A stretch of DNA of 64,000 nucleotides from assembly GCA_900088475.1 (NCBI GenBank), contig FLMG01003887.1, positions 1-64,000 on the forward strand, read 5' to 3'. This document shows, one piece after another, positions 63,986 through 64,000 of this stretch. The stretch is from Hyphochytrium catenoides. Lineage: Eukaryota > Protista > Hyphochytriomycota. Below the pieces are notes generated by a model. That model was not told the DNA's origin. It searched no databases and saw only the letters and a program-made list of their open reading frames with translations. The translations under genes were made by a program, and so were the position numbers. Positions within the stretch are counted from its first letter, which is position 1. Every line of letters begins with the position of its first letter.

Positions 63986-64000
63986 GGCTGCTGCTGCTAA

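Overview
Eukaryotic nuclear DNA from an intron-rich genome with many CT/GA microsatellites. A stramenopile is my inference, based mainly on a PX/transmembrane-type phospholipase D; it is not proven. The window has three zones. (1) 1-2.7 kb: two convergent, intron-free enzyme genes, a 5'-truncated CoA-disulfide/persulfide reductase-rhodanese fusion and a secreted GH5 beta-mannanase/mannosidase, followed by about 4 kb of decayed retroelement-like DNA. (2) 7.5-55.3 kb: spliced genes. These are a large PX-PH/TM phospholipase D with an inserted DysF domain, a SMYD-like SET methyltransferase, an MFSD6-like transporter, an LYR-motif protein, THO2, a CaMK-group kinase, Tdp1 and an LRR protein. (3) 55.9-64 kb: an island of transposon relics (a duplicated ~1.1 kb repeat, a Ty1/copia RNase H fragment, a 17-bp tandem array, two CRE-like non-LTR fragments) around one intact coiled-coil + kinase ORF resembling Crinkler-type effector kinases. 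Exon structures were read by eye from GT(GC)-AG sites and conserved motifs, so some gene ends are approximate. No database searches were run. I recognised no tRNA, rRNA or CRISPR array.
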